From a virus: DNA of 64,000 nt. The position numbers and the translations under genes were made by a program. The notes below the pieces were generated by a model. It was not told where the DNA came from and did not search any database. It saw only the letters and a program-made list of their open reading frames with translations. Shown here piece by piece: positions 8,750 to 19,129 of the stretch; the stretch's first letter is position 1; the number at the start of each line of letters is the position of its first letter. Where the stretch lies: the IMG/VR virus record IMGVR_UViG_3300033148_006706, positions 75,905 through 139,904 of that record; one strand, written 5' to 3'.

Positions 8750-10987
8750 TTATTGATAGTTTTTAAGTAAATCTATCAATATCTTCACATTTTCTTCTTT
8801 TATTCCTACTCCATAATAGTCCTCTATTGAATCCTTGTCCACTATTTTTAATATCGGGTATTTATCTTCTACCTTTTTAAGCAAATCGCTTGTTTTTATA
8901 AACATTTCCGATAATTTTTTATTATTTAATACATCAAATTCATCTACAGAATATTCAAAATCGTATATTATTTTTTTCAAATTCTTTAAATCCCTCTCAA
9001 TTTCCGGTATACTACCTTTTCCTTTTTTTCTATTAATTAACTCTTTCACATCTTTGTCACTCTCAAATACTTTTTTATCACAATCGTCAACTATCTCTAG
9101 TATAGTTACAAGTTTTCTTTCAATATATGATAAGGATTTATCATGATGCATTAAAAAACTTGTATATCCATATTGTTTTATAGCTTTAGAGCTATTAAAT
9201 TTTTCTTTCAATAATACTTCTATTGATTTAAAGAATGGTTTGAATTTTGTTAATTTTTTAAATCTTTTCGTGTTAATTTCGTATCCATTAATTACAAATA
9301 TTGGAATACTGTCATTAAGCACTTCAAGACTTTTCAAAATATCTAATTTTAAATTAGGAACTCTTCTATTTTCATCTCTAACATCTTTATACGAATTTCT
9401 ATATCTTATTACATAGTATAACTGTGAATTATTCTTGTATATATCACTTTCTAGCAATTCTTTATATGTAAAACTTTTATTTATGCCATCGCAGTTATGT
9501 AAAATAGTATAAAATCTATTACTATCTTTATTTTCTGTAGCAGAAGAGTCTGTTTTACTTCTCTCTCTACCTGGTTTTCTTATATATTTAAGTTCACTTA
9601 TCTTATTTAGCTCTCCATCAACTCCCAATTTTTGAATATAATCTTCTGGAATGACTAATGCATGAAAGTTATATTGTCTCATGTTTTGTTTTAATTTGTA
9701 TATTCCGCTATTTGGATTATTTTCATCATTTATAAAAATTTTTGTCTTAGGAGACCCGATTTCACTATAAGAAATAAATGAATTTAAAACAGATGATTTT
9801 AAAACTACTCTATCTTCATAAGTATCATAAAAAGAACCTTTTTTTTGAACTTTAAAAAATTTTATTTTCTTTCTATCATCACTATTATCTATTTCCAATG
9901 CCTTTTGTAAAGGTTTTCCTTTATACCAAACGTTTCTATTAATAAAATCACGAAAAAAATCAACTTTAGAAACGATAGTATAGTAACTTCTAATCACTTC
10001 TAACAATGTCTTATTATCACTGAAATATTCTTCTTGAATTTCATCTTGAACTTTCTTTACAATTTCTTTTAATTTTAATATAAGATTATTTACAGTTCGT
10101 GTATCTAATGAAAGCGCCTCCCTACTTGGGGCAATATCAAGCTTACCAATTGGAAATTCTATCACTATAAGTAAACTACGAAGAAAATGCGTAATGATAG
10201 TCTTAAGCTCATTGTTTAAAAGATTGCTATCAGATATCAACCCCGATTTTGATAACGAATCAACTCTATATTCAACGTTCCCTTGCACAGCAATAAGACC
10301 GTTGTTATATCGTCCTTTATATATTCTCCAATCACTTCCTTTAAATATAGCATCTTTAGGGTATTCAAGTGGAGCAAAATCACCTTCTCCACCTATAACT
10401 CTTGGCTTAATCCGAAAGGGGCGAAATACTTCTTTAGCGTTTGCCTCCCACATGTAAAAGTCTCCCTTATCTACTTCAACTTGTACTTTAACTCCATTAT
10501 GCTCAGAAGTACTCATCTCTGTTACTTTTGAAATACAAGGAATGTTTTCCTCATTAAGATAACAGGCATAGATTTTCTTTTCCCCATTATATACCGACTC
10601 AACAGTAAAGGATTCCTTATACGCAAAAGGAGATTTACTCCCCAAACCCAAGACACCCACAAAGTCATTGCTTTCAGTTTTATCGCTTCCAAAATAGCTA
10701 CTGTATAACGATAAAACTTTTTCCTCACTCATTCCTGTACCATAGTCTTTAACATAGAAGTATGGTTCAAGGGAATTAGGAAGATGCACTTCAAATGGTT
10801 CTCTTTCTTTACCTGCCTCTACATGTGAATCGTATGCATTGGTAGAGAGCTCACGAATAACAGCCTTTATTTTATTTGTATATAATTTATCTGAGAGAAT
10901 TTGAAAAGCTTTTGGACTGGCAGTGATAGAAAAATTCTGCCCTTGGAGATTAGTTTTTACATTCTTTTTCTTAATCACTAATTGCAT
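8750..10987 (-). CDS. rIIA: rIIA-like protein (N-terminal GHKL ATPase)
   Basis: AFQILSDKLY, IRELSTNAYDSH, DYGTGMS, GLGSKSPFAY, APSREALS. Confidence 0.9.
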   Translation of the reverse strand: MQLVIKKKNVKTNLQGQNFSITASPKAFQILSDKLYTNKIKAVIRELSTNAYDSHVEAGKEREPFEVHLPNSLEPYFYVKDYGTGMSEEKVLSLYSSYFGSDKTESNDFVGVLGLGSKSPFAYKESFTVESVYNGEKKIYACYLNEENIPCISKVTEMSTSEHNGVKVQVEVDKGDFYMWEANAKEVFRPFRIKPRVIGGEGDFAPLEYPKDAIFKGSDWRIYKGRYNNGLIAVQGNVEYRVDSLSKSGLISDSNLLNNELKTIITHFLRSLLIVIEFPIGKLDIAPSREALSLDTRTVNNLILKLKEIVKKVQDEIQEEYFSDNKTLLEVIRSYYTIVSKVDFFRDFINRNVWYKGKPLQKALEIDNSDDRKKIKFFKVQKKGSFYDTYEDRVVLKSSVLNSFISYSEIGSPKTKIFINDENNPNSGIYKLKQNMRQYNFHALVIPEDYIQKLGVDGELNKISELKYIRKPGRERSKTDSSATENKDSNRFYTILHNCDGINKSFTYKELLESDIYKNNSQLYYVIRYRNSYKDVRDENRRVPNLKLDILKSLEVLNDSIPIFVINGYEINTKRFKKLTKFKPFFKSIEVLLKEKFNSSKAIKQYGYTSFLMHHDKSLSYIERKLVTILEIVDDCDKKVFESDKDVKELINRKKGKGSIPEIERDLKNLKKIIYDFEYSVDEFDVLNNKKLSEMFIKTSDLLKKVEDKYPILKIVDKDSIEDYYGVGIKEENVKILIDLLKNYQ

Positions 10988-11071
10988 TTTAAGTCCCTCC
11001 TAATCATTTATTGTTATCTATTAATAATATATAAATTTTTGCCAATTTTTTTAAATTTTTTTTTAAAAAAT

Positions 11072-12052
11072 TTATTTTTTTAAACGCCGTCTTATTTTCT
11101 TTTCTATTCTTCCTGGCACATCTCCTACATAATCTTTCTCAATTTCCCTCACAATTTCTTTTTCTACCGTAGATTCTTCATTTTTTATAATAGGAGAGGA
11201 TTCTATTTTTTCCCTTTTAGGTTCTGCTAGAGCAGCAGGTTTCAGTTTTACACGTTTCTCATCTTTTTTACTTTTCTTTTTAATCCCTTTATTTTTTCTT
11301 TTATCGCTATTATAAAACTCTATTGATACATTACCCGCTACCATAAGCAGTACAGCAAAGGGGTCAAATACAACACATAGAAGAATAATAAGAACACGAG
11401 CTGCATTATCATAAAAATCTTGCGCATTTTTTTCTCCATAAATAATCATTGCTATATATTTAACTGGGCCTACGTTCACTTCATAAGACTCCTTTTCATT
11501 TTTTAACTTATAAATTTGATCTTGATACTGAGCAATATTATCTTCTGCTTGTTTAATACGATTTCTTAATTCAATTCTTTCGCTTTCCTGTTCCTCTCTT
11601 TTTTTCAAAGCTATCGTTATAACATTTAAATCAATATAACTTTGTAAAGCGTCATCTAATAAATTAATATCTTTTTGAGCTCGATCTATTTCTCTCCGTT
11701 CACGTTTAATTAAGTTTTCAAGTCTTTCTATTTCATTATCATATCGGATTGCTACAACTCTTTGTCCTACATAAGCTTTTGACAAATATCCAAAAATCCC
11801 AATAGTTGAAATAATAATAAGAATAATAATAGCAATAAAGAAATAAACTTTGATAAGATTTTTAGATTTTTTCCATGTACTATAGAGCCAGAGAGTGGCA
11901 GATATTTTAGCCAACTCCATAGAGGCGCCCATTATCGTAACTCCCCATAAAGCGCCGCTAAATATGGTGCGTATACCTGTAATAGAGAAAATTGCTGATA
12001 TAATAGAAAGAACAACAGCAGATATTATTGAGAGAATCCCTATTATAGGCAT
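11072..12052 (-). CDS. Multi-TM coiled-coil membrane protein typical of large phages
   Basis: Three N-terminal TMs, IFGYLSKA, coiled coil, GPVKYIA, VFDPFAVLL. Confidence 0.7.
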   Translation of the reverse strand: MPIIGILSIISAVVLSIISAIFSITGIRTIFSGALWGVTIMGASMELAKISATLWLYSTWKKSKNLIKVYFFIAIIILIIISTIGIFGYLSKAYVGQRVVAIRYDNEIERLENLIKRERREIDRAQKDINLLDDALQSYIDLNVITIALKKREEQESERIELRNRIKQAEDNIAQYQDQIYKLKNEKESYEVNVGPVKYIAMIIYGEKNAQDFYDNAARVLIILLCVVFDPFAVLLMVAGNVSIEFYNSDKRKNKGIKKKSKKDEKRVKLKPAALAEPKREKIESSPIIKNEESTVEKEIVREIEKDYVGDVPGRIEKKIRRRLKK

Positions 12053-12074
12053 AATATATTAGTTAACGGAGGTT

Positions 12075-12530
12075 TTAAAAAGTCTCTATGACATCAATTT
12101 CTCGTATCTTCTCCTCCAATTTCTCTCGTAATATATTCTTACTTTTGCGATAACTTGTATCTCTAGAATCGATATAATAAAGTAACTCATATATCTGCTC
12201 ACCTGTCAGCTCGATAAATATATCATGTGGTTGCATCAACAATTTTAAAGTATCTCGGCTAACGAGTCTAAAATCATTTCTTTTACAAGGGCCTAGAAAT
12301 CCTAAATCTCCATTTAGAATATCCACCCCCATAAACCCTTCTTCTTCTGAAATATTCAATGCCGGATTTTCAGTCCACACTACACGACCTATAATTTCTC
12401 CGTTTGTAACTATGTCTCCAGTTTTAAATTGAATATGAGGGGTCTTTTTATACTCTTCGATTTGTTTTCTTTTATATTCCTCTTCTAATTTATCTATAGC
12501 ATCTCTTAATTTTTGAAAAATTTCTTCCAT
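12075..12530 (-). CDS. Hypothetical protein
   Basis: 151-aa ORF with AGGAG RBS. Confidence 0.65.
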   Translation of the reverse strand: MEEIFQKLRDAIDKLEEEYKRKQIEEYKKTPHIQFKTGDIVTNGEIIGRVVWTENPALNISEEEGFMGVDILNGDLGFLGPCKRNDFRLVSRDTLKLLMQPHDIFIELTGEQIYELLYYIDSRDTSYRKSKNILREKLEEKIREIDVIETF

Positions 12531-12796
12531 ATTTTACTCCTGTTTTTAATTTTTATTTTTCTTTCTAATCGTTCTTGAAATCCGATAAGAGCTAAAGCAA
12601 ATTCCAGCACAAAATATTCTCTTGCAATATCTGTGTTACTATAAAACCGTTCTCCTAATATCCGATTATTAATAGCTTCGGTGATTTGATTAATATCCTG
12701 AATGAATGCGATTTCATTATCTTCTGACAATTCCTGTAAAAATGAAAAACCAACAGTAAACAATACCATTAGAATTTCACATATAATCTTTTGCAT
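12506..12796 (-). pseudogene. Truncated duplicate of the 12880-13290 gene
   Basis: First ~77 aa nearly identical to the 136-aa paralog, then runs into duplicated intergenic sequence. Confidence 0.7.
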
Positions 12797-12879
12797 ATTT
12801 ATACTCCCCTTCTAATTTGTCTATAGCATCTCTTAATCTTTGAAAAATTTCTTCCATATTTTACTCCTGTTTTTAATTT

Positions 12880-13290
12880 TTATTCCCCTTCCCAAACTTT
12901 CTCTTTTAATACCTCTTTAAGAGTTACATTATGCCAATTAATATTTTCTTTCCTATACTCATCGAAAAGGTATTCTACCATGTAGCCCAATATTCTTGAT
13001 ATTTTAATATCGTTTATCATTTCGATTTTATTTTCCTCACTTAAAAAACCGTAATTATCAATTCGTTCTTGAAATTCAATAAGAGCTAAAGCAAATCCCA
13101 GCACAAAATATTCTCTTGCAATATCTGTGCTACTATAAAACCGTTCTCCTAATATCCGATTATTAATAGCTTCGGTGATTTGATTAATATCCTGAATGAA
13201 TGCGATTTCATCATCTTCTGACAATTCTTGTGAAAATGAAAAACCAACAATAAACAATACCATTAGAATTACACACATAATCTTTTTCAT
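12880..13290 (-). CDS. Secreted protein (signal peptide)
   Basis: MKKIMCVILMVLFIVGFSFSQ signal-like N-terminus. Confidence 0.7.
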   Translation of the reverse strand: MKKIMCVILMVLFIVGFSFSQELSEDDEIAFIQDINQITEAINNRILGERFYSSTDIAREYFVLGFALALIEFQERIDNYGFLSEENKIEMINDIKISRILGYMVEYLFDEYRKENINWHNVTLKEVLKEKVWEGE

Positions 13291-13317
13291 ATTTATACTC
13301 CTTTGTCTTTAAATTTT

Positions 13318-13503
13318 TTATAAGTTTTCTATATTGATCAATTCTCCATGCTCAGCATTAAAATCAAATCTTCTTCCTTCTGCATAGATACTATTATCAA
13401 TAATTTTAAAATTGCTGTTTAACAGCACAAATAAGGCTTTAAATTTTTCAAAGTCATTACTTAAACCGCTAATTTTAATAATTTCACTTGGTACTCTCAT
13501 CAT
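13318..13503 (-). CDS. Small hypothetical protein
   Basis: Coupled to the upstream gene. Confidence 0.5.
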   Translation of the reverse strand: MMRVPSEIIKISGLSNDFEKFKALFVLLNSNFKIIDNSIYAEGRRFDFNAEHGELINIENL

Positions 13504-13712
13504 ATTACCCCCTTACTATCATTTATTTGAAATTTACCACAATAATCTTCCGCTCCGTATGTTACAGGAAACCGCTCGGGATTTCTTGTAACATTTGATA
13601 TCGTAACAGATATCGCAGGAGGATTAAACCTGCATTCTCCTATTTTCTTATTATTTAATTTTTGTTTCCAATATAAACAATCTTTACATGTATACCTGCT
13701 CATAAATTTCAC
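13500..13712 (-). CDS. Small Cys-rich phage protein
   Basis: CKDCLYW...GECRFNPP...FP.T...DYCGKF. Confidence 0.65.
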   Translation of the reverse strand: MKFMSRYTCKDCLYWKQKLNNKKIGECRFNPPAISVTISNVTRNPERFPVTYGAEDYCGKFQINDSKGVI

Positions 13713-14341
13713 ACCCCCATTACTTTTTTAAGAGTTTCTTCAACATTATTTCCGGGAATTACTCTATTAAAATTATACTTTTGAGACAAATACTCGTATG
13801 CAATTCTTACTCTTTGAATAGATTCTGTATCCATGTTTTCGTATATATCATTTACGTTTTTTTCTTCTTTTATATCAGCAATTTGAAAAGGGAAATAAAA
13901 TACCATATCAGGTTCAAGATTCAGAACTGATATTTTACTTAAAAAGTATGAAAGTTGTAAATCTTTATCCAGATCATATTTATATATAATTTGCTTCCCA
14001 TACAATTGATAAGCAAATGTACTATACCACCACCGGTCACAAATTACGGTTTTCCCATCTTTTAAAGCGGGCAATACTATCTTAGTGACATGCTCTACTT
14101 TATCAGCAAGAAATAGAAAAAAATTTGTTAAATCATGAATTTGCCAACGCTTATCCTTGCATAAACTCCTAAGCAAGGGGGCTAAAATACCATAATTATC
14201 ATCCCCAGGTTGAAATGTAAATATCGCTTTAATTCCTGTATTATTTAAATATTTTACCATCGCTCTAGCAACAGATGTCTTGCCTGTTTTATCTATTCCC
14301 TCGAATACTATTAGCTTATTTCTAAATTTATCTAGTTTCAT
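13709..14341 (-). CDS. tmk: Thymidylate kinase
   Basis: P-loop FEGIDKTGKTS; VICDRWWYSTFAYQ. Confidence 0.9.
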   Translation of the reverse strand: MKLDKFRNKLIVFEGIDKTGKTSVARAMVKYLNNTGIKAIFTFQPGDDNYGILAPLLRSLCKDKRWQIHDLTNFFLFLADKVEHVTKIVLPALKDGKTVICDRWWYSTFAYQLYGKQIIYKYDLDKDLQLSYFLSKISVLNLEPDMVFYFPFQIADIKEEKNVNDIYENMDTESIQRVRIAYEYLSQKYNFNRVIPGNNVEETLKKVMGV

Positions 14342-14413
14342 CTATATTATTCCCCGTCTTTAAAAATGGCGCTATTCTTTAATAATAATAATATATACTT
14401 TTTTTAAAAAAAT

Positions 14414-15334
14414 TTAAACTAAGAAGTCAGGATATCCTCTGACAAAACATATTCTATCTAAACCAAATTCATCTATTATTTCCTGAAATCGCCTTCTAAA
14501 GGATACGCCACTTTTATACTTTGTGTATAGATCGCCTCCTCCGAAATCAAACCCTGATAAAAATATTTTGTCAAAACCTTCATACAATGCCTGTAAAATC
14601 CAAAAATACCCCGTATTACCTTTTCTATCATTATAGTAAAATACATTATTCCCTCTTGTACTATATAAACTAAACTTTTTACTTTTATAATTTTGTATTT
14701 CTCTAAAAAGTTTCTTATCCAATACTCCAATACGAGTAAATGGCAAATCTTCTTTATATGCATGGTTACACCCCCATAGCTCGCCTTTCCAATTTTGTAT
14801 AAAAGAAATATCAGGCTCCTCTGTCCTGGTTACCCCGTTACCTAAAATGAGCACCTTATTAGAGAAATCATTATATATGGTTTCCCCATACAATTTTACT
14901 TCTTCTTGTATAATTCCATCATAATCATTCTCTATAAAATATATATTATCACTAAAATTAAAATCATGAGATAGCTTCTGTAAATCCCGTATCCAGTTAG
15001 CTTTATTCTTCTTTTCGTGATTGGTTCTTCCTAGGTTAATTCCGCAAATATAGATATTCTTATATTCCTCGGTTAATGCATGATAAATGGCAAAAGAAAA
15101 TAAATTGAGATTAGAACCATCCGTATTACATAATATATCAAAATTTTTACCAAATTCTCTTTTATACTCCTGCGCTTTAAACAAGCCAAGATTATCTACA
15201 AATATTTTACTAAATTGAATTGATTTATCTAGAAAACGAAAATTGAATCCCCATATTTCCTCTTTCCATTCTTTAACAAATTGTTTAGATTCTTTACATA
15301 GATTATCGTTGCCGAGAATTAGGATACTTTTCAT
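14414..15334 (-). CDS. Tandem two-domain sialyltransferase-like protein (GT42/Maf-like); first domain degenerate
   Basis: VLILGNGVTR, WGCN, NTG, ALYEGFDKIFLSGFDFGG. Confidence 0.6.
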   Translation of the reverse strand: MKSILILGNDNLCKESKQFVKEWKEEIWGFNFRFLDKSIQFSKIFVDNLGLFKAQEYKREFGKNFDILCNTDGSNLNLFSFAIYHALTEEYKNIYICGINLGRTNHEKKNKANWIRDLQKLSHDFNFSDNIYFIENDYDGIIQEEVKLYGETIYNDFSNKVLILGNGVTRTEEPDISFIQNWKGELWGCNHAYKEDLPFTRIGVLDKKLFREIQNYKSKKFSLYSTRGNNVFYYNDRKGNTGYFWILQALYEGFDKIFLSGFDFGGGDLYTKYKSGVSFRRRFQEIIDEFGLDRICFVRGYPDFLV

Positions 15335-16488
15335 ATTAAAAAATCGGGCTGTTTTCCAATGAATGACATATTCTTAATCCCAAATTCTTTACTAACAGAT
15401 AAAAACTGTTTTTTAAATAGCGCCCCATTTTGTTCACTGGAATTATAAATATTTGAATTATCAAAATCAAATCCTCCTAAAACAATCTCTTCAAATTCTT
15501 CATAAATAGCCTGTAAAACAAGAAGAATTCCTGTACTCCAATTTCTCTGTTCTTTGAATAGAAAGACTCCCAATTGCTTATTTTCATATTCTTCAAATCC
15601 ATCAAACTTTAAAGTAAATATATCATAATCATAATTATTGTTAAGCTTATATTGAAGCGCCTTATCAACCATATATTTTTCTCTACAGCCAACTGCTTTA
15701 ATAGTCCTTACATTTTCCACTTCTCTATATGCTTCATTACATACCCATATCCTATGTCGCCACTTATTTATAAATTTTTTAACTGATGGTTGTAGACGAG
15801 ATTTGCCATTCCCCAATATTAAAACTTTTTCATTTAATACAATATGAGCGTTCTTATTATTTACCTCAAGATGATTTATCCCCTTTAAATACAATTTTGC
15901 ATAATAATCTGAAGGCTCATCACTCATAATAAAAGGCTTATGATCCTTCCCTATAAATATTACTTTATCCAGTCCAAGCTCATCTCGTATAAGTCGCCAA
16001 TTCCTTACCCATTTCTCCTTATTCTTTATATGATGATTTTGTACATATATATCTTTTCCACCTAGATCAAATCCAATTACATAAATTTTATCATATCCTT
16101 TTATTATAGCCCTTGCTACCAAGGTACTGCCAGAGTCTTTAATAAATAATCCAGGAATATCAATCATTTCTACACCCGGAAGCGTTTTAGCTTTTGGATT
16201 TTTTCCAAATATGCGATATTTACCCCCGTATCTTTTTTTATATTCTACAATTTCTTTTAATGCCGATATATCGCCAATTATTAAATCTAATCTTGGAAGC
16301 GAACCGTTATAGTATTCTAAATAAGCTGAATTACAGGCCCAAATTTCCCCGCTCCATTTTTGTATAAAATCCTGATGTTCTAATCTTGATATTCCATTTC
16401 CAACAATAAGCACTTCTTTTATTTTTTTTATAGAATTCTGGTGGCTGTTATTTAAATTTTTATTTTCAATAATTGAAGGATTTTTCAT
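15331..16488 (-). CDS. Tandem two-domain sialyltransferase-like protein (GT42/Maf-like)
   Basis: Two copies of GNGxSR...WxCN...(S/T)G...Y.xI...GFD, matching the CstII-type motif order. Confidence 0.65.
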   Translation of the reverse strand: MKNPSIIENKNLNNSHQNSIKKIKEVLIVGNGISRLEHQDFIQKWSGEIWACNSAYLEYYNGSLPRLDLIIGDISALKEIVEYKKRYGGKYRIFGKNPKAKTLPGVEMIDIPGLFIKDSGSTLVARAIIKGYDKIYVIGFDLGGKDIYVQNHHIKNKEKWVRNWRLIRDELGLDKVIFIGKDHKPFIMSDEPSDYYAKLYLKGINHLEVNNKNAHIVLNEKVLILGNGKSRLQPSVKKFINKWRHRIWVCNEAYREVENVRTIKAVGCREKYMVDKALQYKLNNNYDYDIFTLKFDGFEEYENKQLGVFLFKEQRNWSTGILLVLQAIYEEFEEIVLGGFDFDNSNIYNSSEQNGALFKKQFLSVSKEFGIKNMSFIGKQPDFLI

Positions 16489-17597
16489 GCTATATATTTT
16501 TCTCTATTTAAGAATTTTGGTTGCCCCTCAACAAATTTAATTTTATTTACATTAAACCAGCATCTTATTAAATTCATCTGTTTTCTATACGTTAGCCCTT
16601 CTACCGCCCTGTTCTTATAGATATGATCTCCCCCAAAATCAAAACCACTTAACCATATCATATCATACTCTTCATACAAAGCTTGTACTAAAAGAAGCAT
16701 GCCCGTTTTAAAAGAATTAGTATAAAACAGCTTAACATCTTTGTTGACTTTTTCTATAGTATAAACATCATAATCAAGATTATGCTTCTCTTTAAACTCA
16801 AGCATATCAAAAACTAAATGCGTAAACCTGGTTCCTACTCTATCAATTCTATTAAGATTATTATATTCTCTGTAATATGCATCATTACAAACCCATATTT
16901 CTTCTCTCCAATTTTTTATAAATCTTCTATTAAGAGAATTCTCTCTACTTCTTCCATTTCCTAAAATAAGCACGTTATTAGTTCTTTTAACATTCTCTTC
17001 TTGATAACTTTTTACAGGATAATTAACAAAAAAGTTTTCTTTTAAATGATCTTCTCCATTCATATATTTTCTAGCATAACTATTTATAGGCATCTCACTT
17101 AATATGAAAGGCTTATGATCTATTCCCACAAAATGAATTCTTTCTAATCCAAACACCCTTGCTATTTTTCTCCAATTATCCACCCATTTACTTTTATTTC
17201 TTCTTTCATGATTTTTTACATATATATCTTTTCCGCCCAGATCAAATCCTACTAAAAATATCTTACCATAATTTTCATATAATGCCTTTACAACAAGCGT
17301 TGACCCGGAATCTTTAATATATCTTTCTGGAATTTCAACTTTTTTTACTTCTGGTATACTTAATGCTTTTGTATTTTTACATAATAATTTATAATTTAAT
17401 TTATATCTTTTTTTAGCTCTATAAGCTTCTTTTAATGCATCCTTATCTCCTATTAGAATATCTATTCTTGGAATTTTTTTATCAATCAGGTCTTTAAAAG
17501 CCCAATTGCAAGTCCAAATTTCTCCTTGCCATTTTTGTATAAAATCCTGATGTTCTAATCTTGATATTCCGTTACCTATAATAAGAACTTCTTTCAC
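16485..17597 (-). CDS. Tandem two-domain sialyltransferase-like protein (GT42/Maf-like)
   Basis: Same duplicated motif set; paralog of the adjacent genes. Confidence 0.65.
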   Translation of the reverse strand: MKEVLIIGNGISRLEHQDFIQKWQGEIWTCNWAFKDLIDKKIPRIDILIGDKDALKEAYRAKKRYKLNYKLLCKNTKALSIPEVKKVEIPERYIKDSGSTLVVKALYENYGKIFLVGFDLGGKDIYVKNHERRNKSKWVDNWRKIARVFGLERIHFVGIDHKPFILSEMPINSYARKYMNGEDHLKENFFVNYPVKSYQEENVKRTNNVLILGNGRSRENSLNRRFIKNWREEIWVCNDAYYREYNNLNRIDRVGTRFTHLVFDMLEFKEKHNLDYDVYTIEKVNKDVKLFYTNSFKTGMLLLVQALYEEYDMIWLSGFDFGGDHIYKNRAVEGLTYRKQMNLIRCWFNVNKIKFVEGQPKFLNREKYIA

Positions 17598-18307
17598 TTA
17601 AATTTCTCCTTTAGCAATAATTCAACAATTCTAAAGTCCGTCTTTACATCTATTTCAAAATGGGTATAATAGTCCATTATAAAAAGCCCAACCGGATCAG
17701 TTAACCTGTTTTTTGATTTAATAATATTACTAATCGTGTTTATATACATAGCCCCGTTTTCCATATAAATGTTATTTTTGTAAAAACGCTTCTCTTGCCT
17801 TAAAGGCCTAGATTTAAAATCATAATTCAAGGGAATAGCCCGAGATTTTTGATATTTATGGGAAAAACTTTCAGTCCATAAAAACCTGTGATTTAGATCC
17901 GCTACTGATAACATTGAATTGTATGACCCCTTTTCATATTCATCAATCATTTTATTAACATCCTTATAATTAAGCAAAGGATTAGTAGCTTGGACAAGTA
18001 TAAAAACGTCTTCATTATTTTCGTATCCTTTTCCCAAATACTCCAATATAGCATCCTCGGTTGTTGAATTATCTTGTGCATTTTTATGTTCCCTATCATA
18101 AAAGATAATTTTATTAAATTGAAATTTTTTTATTATTAATTTATATTCTTCCGAATCGATTGCAACTATTATTTTATTAACTTTACTTTGCTGTAGAGCA
18201 CTTAAAACCCAATATACTAGAGGTCTATGATTAATCTTTTTTATATTCTTATCTTTTATTCCTTTACTGCCACTTCTTATAGGAACAAACGATATTATAT
18301 TATTCAT
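17594..18307 (-). CDS. neuA: Acylneuraminate cytidylyltransferase (CMP-nonulosonate synthetase)
   Basis: VPIRSGSKGIKDKNIK, LVQATNPL, RPLRQ, ENGAMY, EID. Confidence 0.9.
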   Translation of the reverse strand: MNNIISFVPIRSGSKGIKDKNIKKINHRPLVYWVLSALQQSKVNKIIVAIDSEEYKLIIKKFQFNKIIFYDREHKNAQDNSTTEDAILEYLGKGYENNEDVFILVQATNPLLNYKDVNKMIDEYEKGSYNSMLSVADLNHRFLWTESFSHKYQKSRAIPLNYDFKSRPLRQEKRFYKNNIYMENGAMYINTISNIIKSKNRLTDPVGLFIMDYYTHFEIDVKTDFRIVELLLKEKFK

Positions 18308-18321
18308 ATAATATTAGTCAC

Positions 18322-18924
18322 TTAAAAAATATAATCAAATCTTTCTAAATCATCAGCATATAAAGTACTAACTATATCAACAGATTTTTTATCGTAATAT
18401 TCTTTATAATTTTTTCTTCGTGGCGCTCCGAAACTTTTATTAATCTGTTTAGGCTGTGGTATTCCTATTAAATCAAATATGTGGCGTATTTCTTTTTCAA
18501 AGTTTTCAAATCTTGCAATATAATCATAATTTTTACTACCTTTAGGAATTGCAAACCAACGTAACTGCGGTACATAGTGTATTTTATGTAAAGACTCTTT
18601 TAATTGAGTTTGAATAAAATCGTTAAAATCTTTTTTTATAGCACTAAATACTTTATTGTCATTTAAATCTTTTTGAGAAAGTGAACCTCTGTTTGCCCGT
18701 GACCAATACGAAACAAGTCTATCAAAAGGATTTCTTACAATAGTAAACGTAAAGTATTTATCCCATTTTTTGGGGTACGCTTGTATGTATCGAATTGGGA
18801 AGGCATGTCTCCCACCTACTTCTTTTGGATTTATGACCATATTTTCATCAAATAATGCATTTATCGTATGCCCTCCAGTACGAGGAATACTTACAAAAAT
18901 CGTCTTGTACTTATCACTTACCAT
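18322..18924 (-). CDS. Sulfotransferase (Sulfotransfer_2-like); start revised from the ORF track
   Basis: PAPS-binding IFVSIPRTGG and FTIVRNPFDRLVSYW; YADDLERFDY. Confidence 0.85.
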   Translation of the reverse strand: MVSDKYKTIFVSIPRTGGHTINALFDENMVINPKEVGGRHAFPIRYIQAYPKKWDKYFTFTIVRNPFDRLVSYWSRANRGSLSQKDLNDNKVFSAIKKDFNDFIQTQLKESLHKIHYVPQLRWFAIPKGSKNYDYIARFENFEKEIRHIFDLIGIPQPKQINKSFGAPRRKNYKEYYDKKSVDIVSTLYADDLERFDYIF

Positions 18925-18928
18925 ATTA

Positions 18929-19129
18929 TTATACTCTCGTTGTTTGTAATATGAAGAACCCATGCCCATTAGGCCAGCTTTTATAATTATCTTTATATCT
19001 ACACCCTTGTACACCCCCCCAAGAAATATCATCCCAAAAGATAAATATCTTATCCACATAATCAGTTATCGAATTTATAGACTGCTGGACAAAATCTTCC
19101 CCATAAAGACATCTATATATTGCTATCAA
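18929..19129 (-). pseudogene. N-terminal fragment of a GT2-like glycosyltransferase
   Basis: IAIYRCLYGEDFVQQSINSITDYVDKIFIFWDD resembles a GT2 N-terminus but stops after 66 aa. Confidence 0.5.

Larger units (their letters stand above)
12482..13301. repeat. Nested partial tandem duplication (A: 12482-12556 vs 12809-12885; B: ~12568-12807 vs ~13062-13301)
   Basis: Near-identical direct repeats visible at nucleotide level. Confidence 0.9.
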
